Source: Candidatus Woesebacteria bacterium
Lineage (GTDB): Bacteria; Patescibacteriota; Microgenomatia; UBA8517
DNA length: 64,000 bases
Assembly (NCBI GenBank): GCA_016432365.1
Contig: CP066686.1
Coordinates: 474,906 to 538,905 of the forward strand
Reading direction: 5' to 3'
The notes beneath the pieces were generated by a model. The model saw only the letters and a list, made by a program, of their open reading frames with translations. It was not told where the DNA came from and ran no database searches. The first letter of the stretch is position 1, and each line of letters begins with the position of its first letter. A program made the translations under genes and the position numbers. Shown here piece by piece: positions 9,597 through 19,588 of this stretch.

Positions 9597-10766
9597 ATGA
9601 AAAAACTTTTGGTTTTGGCAATTATTTTGAGGCTTTTGGTAGCAGGATTTTTATTTCATCCGGATATTAAAACTATTGACTTCCAGGCTTCTTTCCTAAA
9701 AAAGGGAGTATTTAATATTTATACCTATCTTGTTGAAAATAAGAAATCCCTTACGCTAAAAGATGATTTTGTGTATTTCCCGTTAACATATTTCTCTTTA
9801 GGTGGATATCAATGGGTCGCGTCGCCATTTCTTGGTAAAGGTTTTGATTCTTGGCTTGCTGATGCCGGTTCGTCAACGGTGGTTGAGAATCCGAACATAT
9901 TTAGATATTTGATAGTACTTAAACTGCCATATTTGGTTTTGGATATCCTAATCGCGTTTCTTTTGATGCAGTTTTTTGAAATCAAGGAGGACAAGCGGAA
10001 AGCTTTCGTCTTTTGGCTATTTAACCCATTTACAATAATTATTATTTATGCCTTTTCCAATATCGATATCTTTTCTGTTGTTCTAACAATCCTGTCGTTT
10101 TTAATGATCAAAAAAGAGAAGTTGTTTTCCGCGTCACTCCTTCTGGGTTTGGCCTCCGGTTTTAAATTATATCCGCTACTTTTTATCCCGTTTTTGTTTT
10201 TGGCTGGAAGGAATTTGAAAGAGAAGATCATTCTTTCCATCACCCCGCTCATTACTTTCGGAATAATAATCTTACCTTTTATTTCTAAGGCATTTTTTCA
10301 ATCAGCGTTAGTTTCGGGACTTACTACGGGTATATTTACATCCGACTTTGCAACACTGGCTCTTTCACTCCTATTTTTTTATGCTGCCCTTTTTGATAAA
10401 AAGATTAACCTGCTTAATTATTGGATTTCTATGTTTTTGATTATTTTTTCCTTTGCACTATTTCATATTCAGTGGCTTCTTTGGGTAGCGCCATTTTTGG
10501 TCATATTGTCCGTAAAGAAACCTGAATATTCTTGGTTGTTATTCCTTTTTGGAATAATCGCCTTTGCAATACCGGCTCTTTTCCAGGATAGATATATGAC
10601 AATTTCATTATTTAGGATTTATAGTGTTTGGTTTGACATGCTTCCTACGCCTTTCACTTTTATACAAAAAGTCTACGACCCGGTTAACATCCAGACGGTC
10701 TTTCATTCGATTCTGGCCGCAGGAAGCTTGGTTATGACATATAAGATTTTTAAAGAAGATGAATAA
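9597..10766 (+). CDS. GT87/DUF2029-like GT-C glycosyltransferase (paralog of 6490)
   Basis: FHPD, FVYFPL, LKLPYL, WLFNP, GFKLYP and HIQWLLW motifs, in the same order as in 6490. Confidence 0.75.
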   Translation: MKKLLVLAIILRLLVAGFLFHPDIKTIDFQASFLKKGVFNIYTYLVENKKSLTLKDDFVYFPLTYFSLGGYQWVASPFLGKGFDSWLADAGSSTVVENPNIFRYLIVLKLPYLVLDILIAFLLMQFFEIKEDKRKAFVFWLFNPFTIIIIYAFSNIDIFSVVLTILSFLMIKKEKLFSASLLLGLASGFKLYPLLFIPFLFLAGRNLKEKIILSITPLITFGIIILPFISKAFFQSALVSGLTTGIFTSDFATLALSLLFFYAALFDKKINLLNYWISMFLIIFSFALFHIQWLLWVAPFLVILSVKKPEYSWLLFLFGIIAFAIPALFQDRYMTISLFRIYSVWFDMLPTPFTFIQKVYDPVNIQTVFHSILAAGSLVMTYKIFKEDE

Positions 10767-10808
10767 GCACGGCTTGTAAATGTTATTTAAATATTGAAAT
10801 AAGAATTT

Positions 10809-11414
10809 ATGAATAAACTAATTTGGTTCACAACTTCGGCGATTCTGTTCTTGGTATTTTTATTCCCTGCGGTTCTTGCATTTGGAATCAAATTAATTCC
10901 AAATGGGGATCAGCCGGGGTATATTTCCGATCAGCGGTTGGGCGTTTACGGTATCCGCGACATTTCGCAAAAATTTACATCAGAAAAAGCAAATCTTTCG
11001 GCCATCGGGACGTCGGTAAGGAATCCAAATCTCCAAAACAAAAAGGATATTACTCTCACTTTATTTGATGAAAAAATGAATATTGTCAGGACGACGACCA
11101 TTAATGGTCGAAATGTAGAGGATGGAAATTTTATAAAGTTTGTTTTTGATCCCATCCCGGATTCAAAAAATAAAACCTACATTTTTACTCTGGCTTCTCC
11201 CGATGCGGGGCCGGGTGAAACGATCGAAATTTTTTACATTGAAAATGACCGACCGGGGCAGACGATGCCAAGCTGGATTGTGGAATACACATACGACAAA
11301 AAAGTACACAATGGCGGACTTCCCATTACTCTCTATTTTAAACCCGTAAGTAAAATGGATGTTATTAAAGAAATCTATGGCGATTTGTTTTTACGACTTC
11401 TAAGTAATCGATGA
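10809..11414 (+). CDS. Membrane-anchored extracytoplasmic protein of unknown function (beta-rich)
   Basis: N-terminal TM/signal, then 'SQKFTS..NLSAI...F.FDPIPDSKNKTY.FTL.SPDA', resembling soluble domains appended to GT-C enzymes (inference). Confidence 0.6.
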   Translation: MNKLIWFTTSAILFLVFLFPAVLAFGIKLIPNGDQPGYISDQRLGVYGIRDISQKFTSEKANLSAIGTSVRNPNLQNKKDITLTLFDEKMNIVRTTTINGRNVEDGNFIKFVFDPIPDSKNKTYIFTLASPDAGPGETIEIFYIENDRPGQTMPSWIVEYTYDKKVHNGGLPITLYFKPVSKMDVIKEIYGDLFLRLLSNR

Positions 11415-13165
11415 ATAGCTTCAAAAGAATATTTTTAGTTGTGATCGGTCTGGTGGCTATGACGGCTTGGGCAGGAAAAGGCTTATTTAAATATTCAATA
11501 TATCAAACTCATGATTTAGACCACCATCTTGTTAGGACTCTAGATGCAGTTGCCACCCTTAAAGAAGGAGCTTTTCCTTTGAGATGGGCGGGGATATTGA
11601 ATTTTGAGTGCGGAACACCAATTTATAATTTTTTTAATCCTCTTTTTTACTATATTTCGGCAAGTCTAACGTTTGTAACAGGAAATATTATGAATTCTAT
11701 AAAAATAATTAGTTTATTGTCGTTATTTATGGGGAGCCTGTTTTTCTTTTTGTGGTTAAAAAATGAAACAAAAGATTGGTTGGTGTCGTTTGTGGGATCA
11801 CTTTTATATTTGTATGCACCCTATAAATTTTCACTGATTTATGTCAGGGGGAGTCCTGAATATCTGGCTTATGCGATTCTTCCTGCTGTTTTTTATTTTT
11901 ATTCATTAGCCATTGGTAGTAAAAAAAACCGATATGTGTTGTATCTGTTTCTGGCCTCCGTTTCGGGTGGCTTGTTAAGTATCGCTCATAATGTTGTTTT
12001 TCTGTTGGGCCTATCTGTAATAACCGTATATTTAGTGACTAAAGTTTTGTTAAAACAAGTTAAAGAGAAAAAAGAAATTATTTTACTGATATTTTCGTAT
12101 TTAAGTATTATCGGTTTTGGAGCCTTTTTTATTTTTCCTGCATTACTTGAAGAGAAATTTACACAGATCGGTATACCTGTATTTTTCTATAAAGATCACT
12201 TTCCTATTTTATCTCAACTTCTGTATTCGCCGTGGGGATATGGCGATTCGGCAATTGGGACAAAATTAGACGGCATGTCGTTTCAGATAGGACTTGCACA
12301 GTGGATAGTTCTGGTCGTGGCATTAGTATATTTAGCGTGTCGGATATATCTTTCAAAATTTAGACTTAACCGAAAATTTATTTTAGATAACATATGGATT
12401 ATCGTGTTCTCCACATTGTCGTTGTTGTTTATATTTATTGATCTGCCGTCGTCCGGATTCATATGGGAAAAAATAACCATTTTACAGGCGATACAATTTC
12501 CCTGGAGGGTATTGGGAATAATAATATTTGTTTTAAGCGCCGTTTTCGCGTTTGTAGTTTCAAGAATAAAATATAGACCGCTCTACTATTTAATTATATT
12601 GGTAATTCCGTTTCTGGCTTTAATTGCAAACCGGAATTATCTTTTGCCTCAACCCGTATATCAAAAAACTCTTATTTATTATGAAAATCTGAGCACGCTG
12701 AATTACAGCCATAACTCTGTCACACAGTTTCAGGATAATGTGCTCCCTTTAGGAAAATTGGCACAGTGTTCTTCCAAAACACCGGTCGCGTTAACCGACA
12801 CTGGTAAAATTGTTCAAAATAAAGAGATAAAAAGGGGGAGTACATACGGATCCTTAATGCTAACGATTGGAAAAAAAGATATTTTAGGTCAAAAAATAAT
12901 ATTAAATTTGGACTATTTTCCCGGTGTTTTTGCCTTTACTCTAAATGGAAAAACTCAAGTTTACTCCGATTGTGAAGGAAGAGTCTGTCTTGCCGTAAAT
13001 GACTTTATTGAGGGTGATAACGTGATTAGTTGGAATGTCGTTCAGTCTAAAATAGAGCGTTTGTTTAATGCCGTCACGTTGACGTTTATTGTTTTGTGGT
13101 TAATAATTATTGTGTATTTTTGTATCCCAAATTTCCACACTCTGGTTTTGAAAGATCATAGATAA
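11411..13165 (+). CDS. GT-C membrane glycosyltransferase, PTPS-related family
   Basis: THD..HH, RWAG...GTPIYNF, APYK..IYVRG and IQFPWRVL motifs. Confidence 0.8.
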   Translation: MNSFKRIFLVVIGLVAMTAWAGKGLFKYSIYQTHDLDHHLVRTLDAVATLKEGAFPLRWAGILNFECGTPIYNFFNPLFYYISASLTFVTGNIMNSIKIISLLSLFMGSLFFFLWLKNETKDWLVSFVGSLLYLYAPYKFSLIYVRGSPEYLAYAILPAVFYFYSLAIGSKKNRYVLYLFLASVSGGLLSIAHNVVFLLGLSVITVYLVTKVLLKQVKEKKEIILLIFSYLSIIGFGAFFIFPALLEEKFTQIGIPVFFYKDHFPILSQLLYSPWGYGDSAIGTKLDGMSFQIGLAQWIVLVVALVYLACRIYLSKFRLNRKFILDNIWIIVFSTLSLLFIFIDLPSSGFIWEKITILQAIQFPWRVLGIIIFVLSAVFAFVVSRIKYRPLYYLIILVIPFLALIANRNYLLPQPVYQKTLIYYENLSTLNYSHNSVTQFQDNVLPLGKLAQCSSKTPVALTDTGKIVQNKEIKRGSTYGSLMLTIGKKDILGQKIILNLDYFPGVFAFTLNGKTQVYSDCEGRVCLAVNDFIEGDNVISWNVVQSKIERLFNAVTLTFIVLWLIIIVYFCIPNFHTLVLKDHR

Positions 13166-15004
13166 ACCGATTTTATTCAGGTCAACTTTTGGTTTTTCTG
13201 ATAAAGGGAAATAAACTAGATTAGCATTTGTTTTGGCCAAAGCGGCTTTAACTTCGGTGCTGTTATCGCTTTCAAATATTATCTTTTTTATCTCCAGTTT
13301 CGGTTTGTAATCATACCCCATGATGTCTGCTTGTTCGTAATCGTCCATATAAGTTCTTCGCGCTGACAGCGCAGCGATATATGATGTGTCGAACCAGTCC
13401 CAGATATTTGGTATTGAGTCACCCAAGTTCAGATATTGGTTATATGGTGGGGTTACAATAACACTATCAATAGGAGTATTTTCCTTTACAAATTTTAGAG
13501 CGGCCAGTTCCTGTTTGGTAATTTGAGCAAAAGGGGTTCTGGGATGATTTGGTGGTCCGTAGAACTCATTTAAAAGCCCGGCTTGAGTAGGAATTATTGC
13601 CAAAATCATTAAAACGGTAACTATGACACGTGTCAATGTTTTGGCATTTGATAGCATTTGCGCAGTTGTTATTCCTGCCAATATTCCAAAAAGTAATACA
13701 AAGTATTGCAAAAATTGGCCGGTATTGCTGGCAACGCCTTTTTGCAAGAATAGTAATGGTAGTATTAAAGAAATAACGATAATAAGTACAAACATTAAAT
13801 TGAAATAATTTTTTAAAGAATTTTTTGACATTTTGACCATGTCCCAAAGCCCGAGGAAACGCATCCCAAGATTACCGAAAAAGAATATCAAAAATGCCGT
13901 CACTTCAAGTTGAATTACTCTTAAATAAGAAGTAATTCTACCGACCGAAATATATGTTTGACGTCTAAGTTCCCAGTCGATCAAATTGAGTCGTGATGGT
14001 TCAACGACCATTGTTCTTATATACCACCAAGGTTGGAATATCAAAAAAGAGGTCGAGCCGGAGGAATTTGGGAAATACAAAAGTGCCGCCAATATCCCAC
14101 TGAAAAAAGTTATCAAAAGTAATCCGAAGTCATGATCTCTGATTAATTGCCAAAGACCGGCTATTCCTAGGGCACCCAGGAGGACTACACCTGCATATAT
14201 TTTGAAAGCGGAAATGGTTCCTATTAGAAGTACACAAATTGAAAACATCAATTTACTTTTCTTTTTTTGCAAATATGTGATTAAAAAATAGAGGGAAGTT
14301 AAGAGGAGAAAATTTGAAACAATTTGAGGCGGATTTCCGCTTGAACTTTGAGGTTGTGTCGCCCAAAAAATACTTTCTCCACCGATTGTTTTGTTTTTTA
14401 AGTAGGTGACGATAAATCCAAAGCTCCCTGCAAAGTATGTAAAGACAGTCGCCCAGACAGAAGCACTAATATTATTTGTGATTTTTCTGGTTAGATAAAA
14501 AGCTGAGGCACCAAGGAATATTGAATAAATTAACGGAAATATCCTGAAATATAAATCAAGATCCGAAATTGGTAGATACTTGGAAACCATAGCAGGGGCG
14601 ATGTCGGAGAAAAAGTGGTAGTTAACAAGTTTCTCACCCGCAAATGACGGGTCTTGAAAGGGGTATCCTTTTTTGAATTCTTCCATAAGAGCTATATGCC
14701 ACACACCGTCGTGACCGTGAGCCGACCAAAAAACCAAATTGCCGTTTTGGAAAACACCGCTTGGGGAAATTACTGCAAGTTGTCCTAAAATTCCAATGAC
14801 AAAAACAGCCAAAATCAGCCAAGTTTGCGCGTTCCACCTGAATTTGATCTGTCTAACCGTTCCGACTAACGACCTGTATGCAAAAACTACTCCGAGAACG
14901 GTAAATGGAATGATTAAAAAGGGGACATTTAAAACTATCAAAACATAGGAGATCAAAGTGAAAGCGACAAAACCTACAATGCTTCCCATTAGTATTTTCT
15001 CCAT
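13100..15004 (-). CDS. GT-C membrane glycosyltransferase with a C-terminal soluble domain (paralog of 7839)
   Basis: HDGVWHIAL, NYHFFSD, GESIFW..QP, FKIYAG and GNLGMR motifs match 7839. The 3' end overlaps the 11411 gene by 66 bp. Confidence 0.75.
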   Translation of the reverse strand: MEKILMGSIVGFVAFTLISYVLIVLNVPFLIIPFTVLGVVFAYRSLVGTVRQIKFRWNAQTWLILAVFVIGILGQLAVISPSGVFQNGNLVFWSAHGHDGVWHIALMEEFKKGYPFQDPSFAGEKLVNYHFFSDIAPAMVSKYLPISDLDLYFRIFPLIYSIFLGASAFYLTRKITNNISASVWATVFTYFAGSFGFIVTYLKNKTIGGESIFWATQPQSSSGNPPQIVSNFLLLTSLYFLITYLQKKKSKLMFSICVLLIGTISAFKIYAGVVLLGALGIAGLWQLIRDHDFGLLLITFFSGILAALLYFPNSSGSTSFLIFQPWWYIRTMVVEPSRLNLIDWELRRQTYISVGRITSYLRVIQLEVTAFLIFFFGNLGMRFLGLWDMVKMSKNSLKNYFNLMFVLIIVISLILPLLFLQKGVASNTGQFLQYFVLLFGILAGITTAQMLSNAKTLTRVIVTVLMILAIIPTQAGLLNEFYGPPNHPRTPFAQITKQELAALKFVKENTPIDSVIVTPPYNQYLNLGDSIPNIWDWFDTSYIAALSARRTYMDDYEQADIMGYDYKPKLEIKKIIFESDNSTEVKAALAKTNANLVYFPLSEKPKVDLNKIGLSMIFQNQSVEIWDTKIHNNY

Positions 15005-15024
15005 TGCTAAATTATAATGGTTAT
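15005..15024. promoter_or_regulatory. Symmetric bidirectional promoter (overlapping TATAAT boxes) for two leaderless genes
   Basis: CAT-TGCTAA-ATTATAAT-GGTTAT-ATG. TATAAT lies at 15013-15018 (+) and 15016-15011 (-), each exactly 6 nt from an ATG. Confidence 0.7.
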
Positions 15025-16443
15025 ATGGCCCGTAAATCCATTCTTGTTCTTCTCGGAATAGTTATCATGGGATTGTTTCTCAGGGTTTATAGAATAACAG
15101 AGCTTCCAATGTACGGTGATGAATTGACAATCGCATTGGACACCTATTCCATAATGAAAACCGGTATGGATTCCACTGGTACAAAGCTACCCGTCACATT
15201 TCAAATGGGGTCGGGGCGCCCCGGGGGATATATATATGCCTCGGTTCCTTTTGTTTATATCTTTGGTCCCACAGAGTGGGGGGTACGAAGTCTTTCAATA
15301 CTGTCTTCGTTGGGAATAATGCTCCTGATGTATTTTTTGGGAAAGAAGTTGTTTGATGAAAAAATTGGGTTGATTGCGAGTTTTATCACCTCGATTTCAC
15401 TTTGGGACATTTATCTTGCAAGAGGTGGTTTTGAGGCGCATTTTGCCCTATTTTTGGCCCTTTTTGGCATAGTATCCTACCTTTACGGAAAGTATATCCC
15501 TTGGGCTGTTGCTTGGGGACTCACAATCTTTACATACCCCACCTTTAAACTGACCCTGCCATTGATGTTTTTAGTTTTAATTTGGTTTGGTGAATTTAAA
15601 AAAGTAATAAAAAATAAATTTTTCATCATCTCGGTTATTATCCTGGCTGTTTTTGGCGGTTTGGCGATTAACGAGACATTTAAAGGGTTAAGTGAACAAC
15701 GGTTTTTAACAATAAATATATTATCTGATATAAATAACCGGGAACAGATAATTCAGCTGAATAACGCAGAAAGGACATTCTCGACACTTCCTGTATTTCT
15801 GAAGCCTGTTTTTTTCAATAAGCCATTTGAATATGCCCACATTCTCTTGGATAGTTATGGAGAAAACTTATCACCGAGTTTTTTGTATTTAAGAGGAGAT
15901 CGTAATCCGGTACATAACCCAGGAGAATGGGGGATGTTTTATTTAGCCGAGCTTCCCCTTCTTATAATTGGGTTAATTATCCTTTGGAATAGAGAAAAGA
16001 GAAAATTAATTTTGATTGGATTGTGGATTCTGATTACCCCACTTGCAACCATGCTTCTGGGCCAGACTCACGGATTACGGAATGCTCTGATGCTCCCTCC
16101 TTTTATTCTATTAGCCTCATTTGCGCTTTCGAACCTTCCAAGAAAACTAACATATTTTTTTGTTGCAGTTATATTAATTCAGTCGGTTTTTGTGCTTCAA
16201 AGAGTCTATTTTTTGGCGCCCGGTAAATTTGCCTCATTTTGGTCTTCCGAAGCTAAAATCAAATCTTTGTCGGCAATGAGTGATAAAGACAGTGGCAAAG
16301 TGATTACCTTATCAACTAAAAAGATTGACAATATTGAGTACGCATATGAAGTCTATGCAAAAATCGACCCAAATTTAGTTATTAAGCAATACGGAATCTT
16401 TCCGAAAATCTATGGAAACGTGAGAATAGACAATGCTAAATAA
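15025..16443 (+). CDS. ArnT/PMT-like (GT83/GT39) GT-C glycosyltransferase
   Basis: 'LRVY.....P...DE' first-loop acidic motif, FG.TEWGVR, and FLYLRGDRNP. Start moved to ATG 15025 on promoter position. Confidence 0.8.
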   Translation: MARKSILVLLGIVIMGLFLRVYRITELPMYGDELTIALDTYSIMKTGMDSTGTKLPVTFQMGSGRPGGYIYASVPFVYIFGPTEWGVRSLSILSSLGIMLLMYFLGKKLFDEKIGLIASFITSISLWDIYLARGGFEAHFALFLALFGIVSYLYGKYIPWAVAWGLTIFTYPTFKLTLPLMFLVLIWFGEFKKVIKNKFFIISVIILAVFGGLAINETFKGLSEQRFLTINILSDINNREQIIQLNNAERTFSTLPVFLKPVFFNKPFEYAHILLDSYGENLSPSFLYLRGDRNPVHNPGEWGMFYLAELPLLIIGLIILWNREKRKLILIGLWILITPLATMLLGQTHGLRNALMLPPFILLASFALSNLPRKLTYFFVAVILIQSVFVLQRVYFLAPGKFASFWSSEAKIKSLSAMSDKDSGKVITLSTKKIDNIEYAYEVYAKIDPNLVIKQYGIFPKIYGNVRIDNAK

Positions 16444-17902
16444 ACTACCCCTTTTTAAAACGGCCCTTTTTTTAATAGTTTTGATATTTACCTTTATTCT
16501 TCGAGCCCACAATTATGAAAGAGTTCCCACCTCTAACCACCTGGATGAACAATTGTATGCTTGGAGCGGAATAAATTTAGTTGAAACGGGGATACCTGTC
16601 TCATGGTCAACGCTTCCGTACCCAGTCCGCTCTGAAGTGTATAAGGGAGAGGTCAATTATAAGGGCGGATCTCCCAGGGCGTCGGTGACTCTTTATAAAC
16701 CATGGCTTGATGAACCGCCACTTTTTTCGCTTATAGTGGGTTGGTTTGCTCATTTATATGGAGCCAACAGGAATGACTTTATCCCGTCTTCGTATATAAG
16801 AATACCCACGGTTTTAATAAGCACGCTTACGTCAATATTTATTTTTCTGATTGCGAAAAAAATCGGAGGGTTTTGGAGGGGGATCCTGGCAATGCTTATT
16901 TATGGAACAGTGCCGATTATGGTTTTTGCTGCAAGACTGGCGATGCCGGAGACTCTGATTGCGTTTTTATTAACTCTTACCGTCTACCTTCTTATGCTAT
17001 TTTGGCAAAAACCAAATTTTTGGTACATTGCGCCGATACCTTTAGTTGCCGGTATTGCGGGACTATCTAAACCTACCGGTTATTTACTTATCCTACTGGC
17101 CTTGTATTTTACATTCGAAAAACTCTACAAAATTGGCAAAACCAAAACGGCTATTAAGTATTGTTTGTATCTGATTATATCCTGCATTCCTTTTATTGTT
17201 GCGTTTTTTCTATACGGTATGCATTACGATGCGGAGATTTTTAAAATTATTTACGGTGTTCAATCTCAACGTCCTACGGGGTTTGGAAGTTTAGCGTGGT
17301 ATTTTATTACACCGGGCGTTGATACTGTGGTACTACGCGACAGTTGGTTTGTGTTTTGTTTAATATCTGCCGTTTATTTTATCTTTACTGCAAAAGAAGG
17401 TATTCAACGGTTTGTTACAATCCCCTTTATCTTCTCGGTTGCTGTTGTAATGTTTACAGGAGGGGAAAGCGACCTCCTTGCTTGGTACAGATACCCCAGT
17501 TATCCGTTTTTGGCGATTTTGGGGGCTTGGGGAATAGAGTACTTGGTTAAGCGTGCCGATTTTTTTACCACTTTTTTTGCAGCCGGAATGTTATTGGGCA
17601 ACAGGATGCTTCTTGTTAACGCCTTTAGGCCCAGGGTTGAGACGTTAACATATAGAGTTGTTTTTTCATCATTAATGCTTCCGTCTTTGGCTGATACCAT
17701 TTTGAATAGGGACTGGATTAAAGCGATATCCCGCCTGATTATTGTGGTGATAGTTGCTACCGGAATATGGTTTAATATTAAATATATTTACAATGCTTAT
17801 GAACTCGAGTGCCAAAGTAAAACATGTCCAATGGTTCCAACAACCCCGCTATCAAGGATGTATTTTCCATTTTTTTGGCACTTTTTGGTCTTGGAAAAAT
17901 AG
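16433..17902 (+). CDS. ArnT/PMT-like GT-C glycosyltransferase
   Basis: LRAHNY...LDEQLY, PWLDEPPLF, ARLAMPE and LSK motifs; multi-TM. Confidence 0.75.
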   Translation: MLNKLPLFKTALFLIVLIFTFILRAHNYERVPTSNHLDEQLYAWSGINLVETGIPVSWSTLPYPVRSEVYKGEVNYKGGSPRASVTLYKPWLDEPPLFSLIVGWFAHLYGANRNDFIPSSYIRIPTVLISTLTSIFIFLIAKKIGGFWRGILAMLIYGTVPIMVFAARLAMPETLIAFLLTLTVYLLMLFWQKPNFWYIAPIPLVAGIAGLSKPTGYLLILLALYFTFEKLYKIGKTKTAIKYCLYLIISCIPFIVAFFLYGMHYDAEIFKIIYGVQSQRPTGFGSLAWYFITPGVDTVVLRDSWFVFCLISAVYFIFTAKEGIQRFVTIPFIFSVAVVMFTGGESDLLAWYRYPSYPFLAILGAWGIEYLVKRADFFTTFFAAGMLLGNRMLLVNAFRPRVETLTYRVVFSSLMLPSLADTILNRDWIKAISRLIIVVIVATGIWFNIKYIYNAYELECQSKTCPMVPTTPLSRMYFPFFWHFLVLEK

Positions 17903-17917
17903 TATCATAAATAATTC

Positions 17918-19588
17918 ATGATTAAGATAATGAAGAACAAAATCACATTAATCTCATTGGTGCTGATTGTTCTTCTGGGTTTTGGTTTGAGGTTCTATAA
18001 AGTCACTTCAGTCCCCCCCGCACTTAATTGGGATGAGGTTTCGATTGGTTACAATGCGTATTCAATTCTCAAAAACGGTAGAGACGAGTGGGGTAAATTT
18101 ATGCCGTTCCATTTTAAAGCTTATGGTGAATATAAACTTCCGGCTCAGATTTATGCCTCAATTCCGGGAATCGCGATATTTGGTTTGAATGAGTTTGGTG
18201 TAAGGATTACACCGGCTGTTTATGGTGCCTTAACTGTTTTATTCCTGTTTTTTTTGACAAGAGAATTGTTTGAAAATGAATGGGTTGGTCTTACATCCTC
18301 ACTACTCCTGGCAATATCTCCTTGGCATATTCAACTGACGAGGGCTTCGTTTGAATCTAGTTTTTCCGTCTTTTGGGTTGTAATTGGCGCATGGCTTTTT
18401 GCTCGGGGTTTTAAACAAAAAAAATATTGGCTATGGTCATTATTCCCATTCGTTATTTCAATTTATACATATAACGCCGCCAGAGTCTTTACCCCACTGT
18501 TTCTGATCGTACTTTTTCTGATTTACAGAAAGAGTCTTTTGAAGGATGTGAAGATATTTATTCTTGGTATTTTAATATTTGCCGTATTAATGATTCCGCT
18601 TGCCGTTTTTATTATAAGTGGCCAAGCAACCGCCAGGCTTAAGCTTGTAAGCATTACAGACGATCCCGGTTTTGTGCAAAGGGTGAATCAGGCAAGAGGC
18701 AGTACTCACTTTCCTGAGCCCTTGCCGCGCCTCATTCATAACAAAGTTACGCATTATGTTTATGTGTTTACAGGAAATTATCTGAGCCACTTTACTCCCG
18801 ATTTTCTTTTTATTAATGGCGCAGGGCATAAACAACATCACATTCAAGGGATTGGGGAACTTTATGCAATTCAGGCTCCGTTTATCTTAATTGGCCTGTA
18901 CTTCATTTTTAGAAGTAAAAATAAATGGAGATGGCTTCTTACTTCTTGGCTAATTTTGGTATTTATCCCTGTCGCGGCAACTGTAGATAGTATTCCGAAT
19001 GCTCTAAGAACAATTCTGGCGATTATTCCTTATCAGATATTTACAGCACTTGGTTTCTACGAAACATTCATATTTTTCAAGAGGAGAAGATATTTGAGTT
19101 GGATAATTGTTGCGATTTCGGCAATATTCTTGCTGATTGGTTTTAAAGGTTATTTGAACAATTATTATAATAATTACCCTGTGTTTTATTCCCGTGATTG
19201 GCAATATGGTTACAGACAAGTTGCGTCTTTCGTAAAAGATAATTACCAAAATTACGATTTAATTGTTTTCAGTCGGGCTTATGGCGAACCCCATATGTTT
19301 ACCCTCTTTTTTCTAAACTGGAACCCGGGAAGTTATCAAAATGATCCAAATCTTGATCGCTTTGAAGCCTATCAGTGGATATGGGTTTTGAAGTTTGATA
19401 AGTTTTACTTTCCCGATCTGGGAGATTCCGGTACCCGTTATCAGGATATTGTGAATGCCAATCCGGGGAAGAGGATGTTGTTTATTGGTAAACAGGGAGA
19501 CTTTCCCGATAATTTGCCTAGGCTTTTAATAGTCGATTTCCTTAATGGCAATCGGGCTTTTGAAGTTGTAGAAAAAAATGCGAAATAA
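17918..19588 (+). CDS. ArnT/PMT-like GT-C glycosyltransferase
   Basis: PPALNWDEVSIGYNAYSI..GRDEWG, GEYKLP, SPWHIQLTRASFE and PNALR motifs. The start may be 17930. Confidence 0.85.
   Translation: MIKIMKNKITLISLVLIVLLGFGLRFYKVTSVPPALNWDEVSIGYNAYSILKNGRDEWGKFMPFHFKAYGEYKLPAQIYASIPGIAIFGLNEFGVRITPAVYGALTVLFLFFLTRELFENEWVGLTSSLLLAISPWHIQLTRASFESSFSVFWVVIGAWLFARGFKQKKYWLWSLFPFVISIYTYNAARVFTPLFLIVLFLIYRKSLLKDVKIFILGILIFAVLMIPLAVFIISGQATARLKLVSITDDPGFVQRVNQARGSTHFPEPLPRLIHNKVTHYVYVFTGNYLSHFTPDFLFINGAGHKQHHIQGIGELYAIQAPFILIGLYFIFRSKNKWRWLLTSWLILVFIPVAATVDSIPNALRTILAIIPYQIFTALGFYETFIFFKRRRYLSWIIVAISAIFLLIGFKGYLNNYYNNYPVFYSRDWQYGYRQVASFVKDNYQNYDLIVFSRAYGEPHMFTLFFLNWNPGSYQNDPNLDRFEAYQWIWVLKFDKFYFPDLGDSGTRYQDIVNANPGKRMLFIGKQGDFPDNLPRLLIVDFLNGNRAFEVVEKNAK

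Noticed and set aside
11245-11275. GC-rich patch GACCGACCGGGGCAGACGATGCC (RPGQTMP) as another micro-insertion
   Set aside because: No clear palindrome or flanking duplication; it cannot be distinguished from an ordinary loop.
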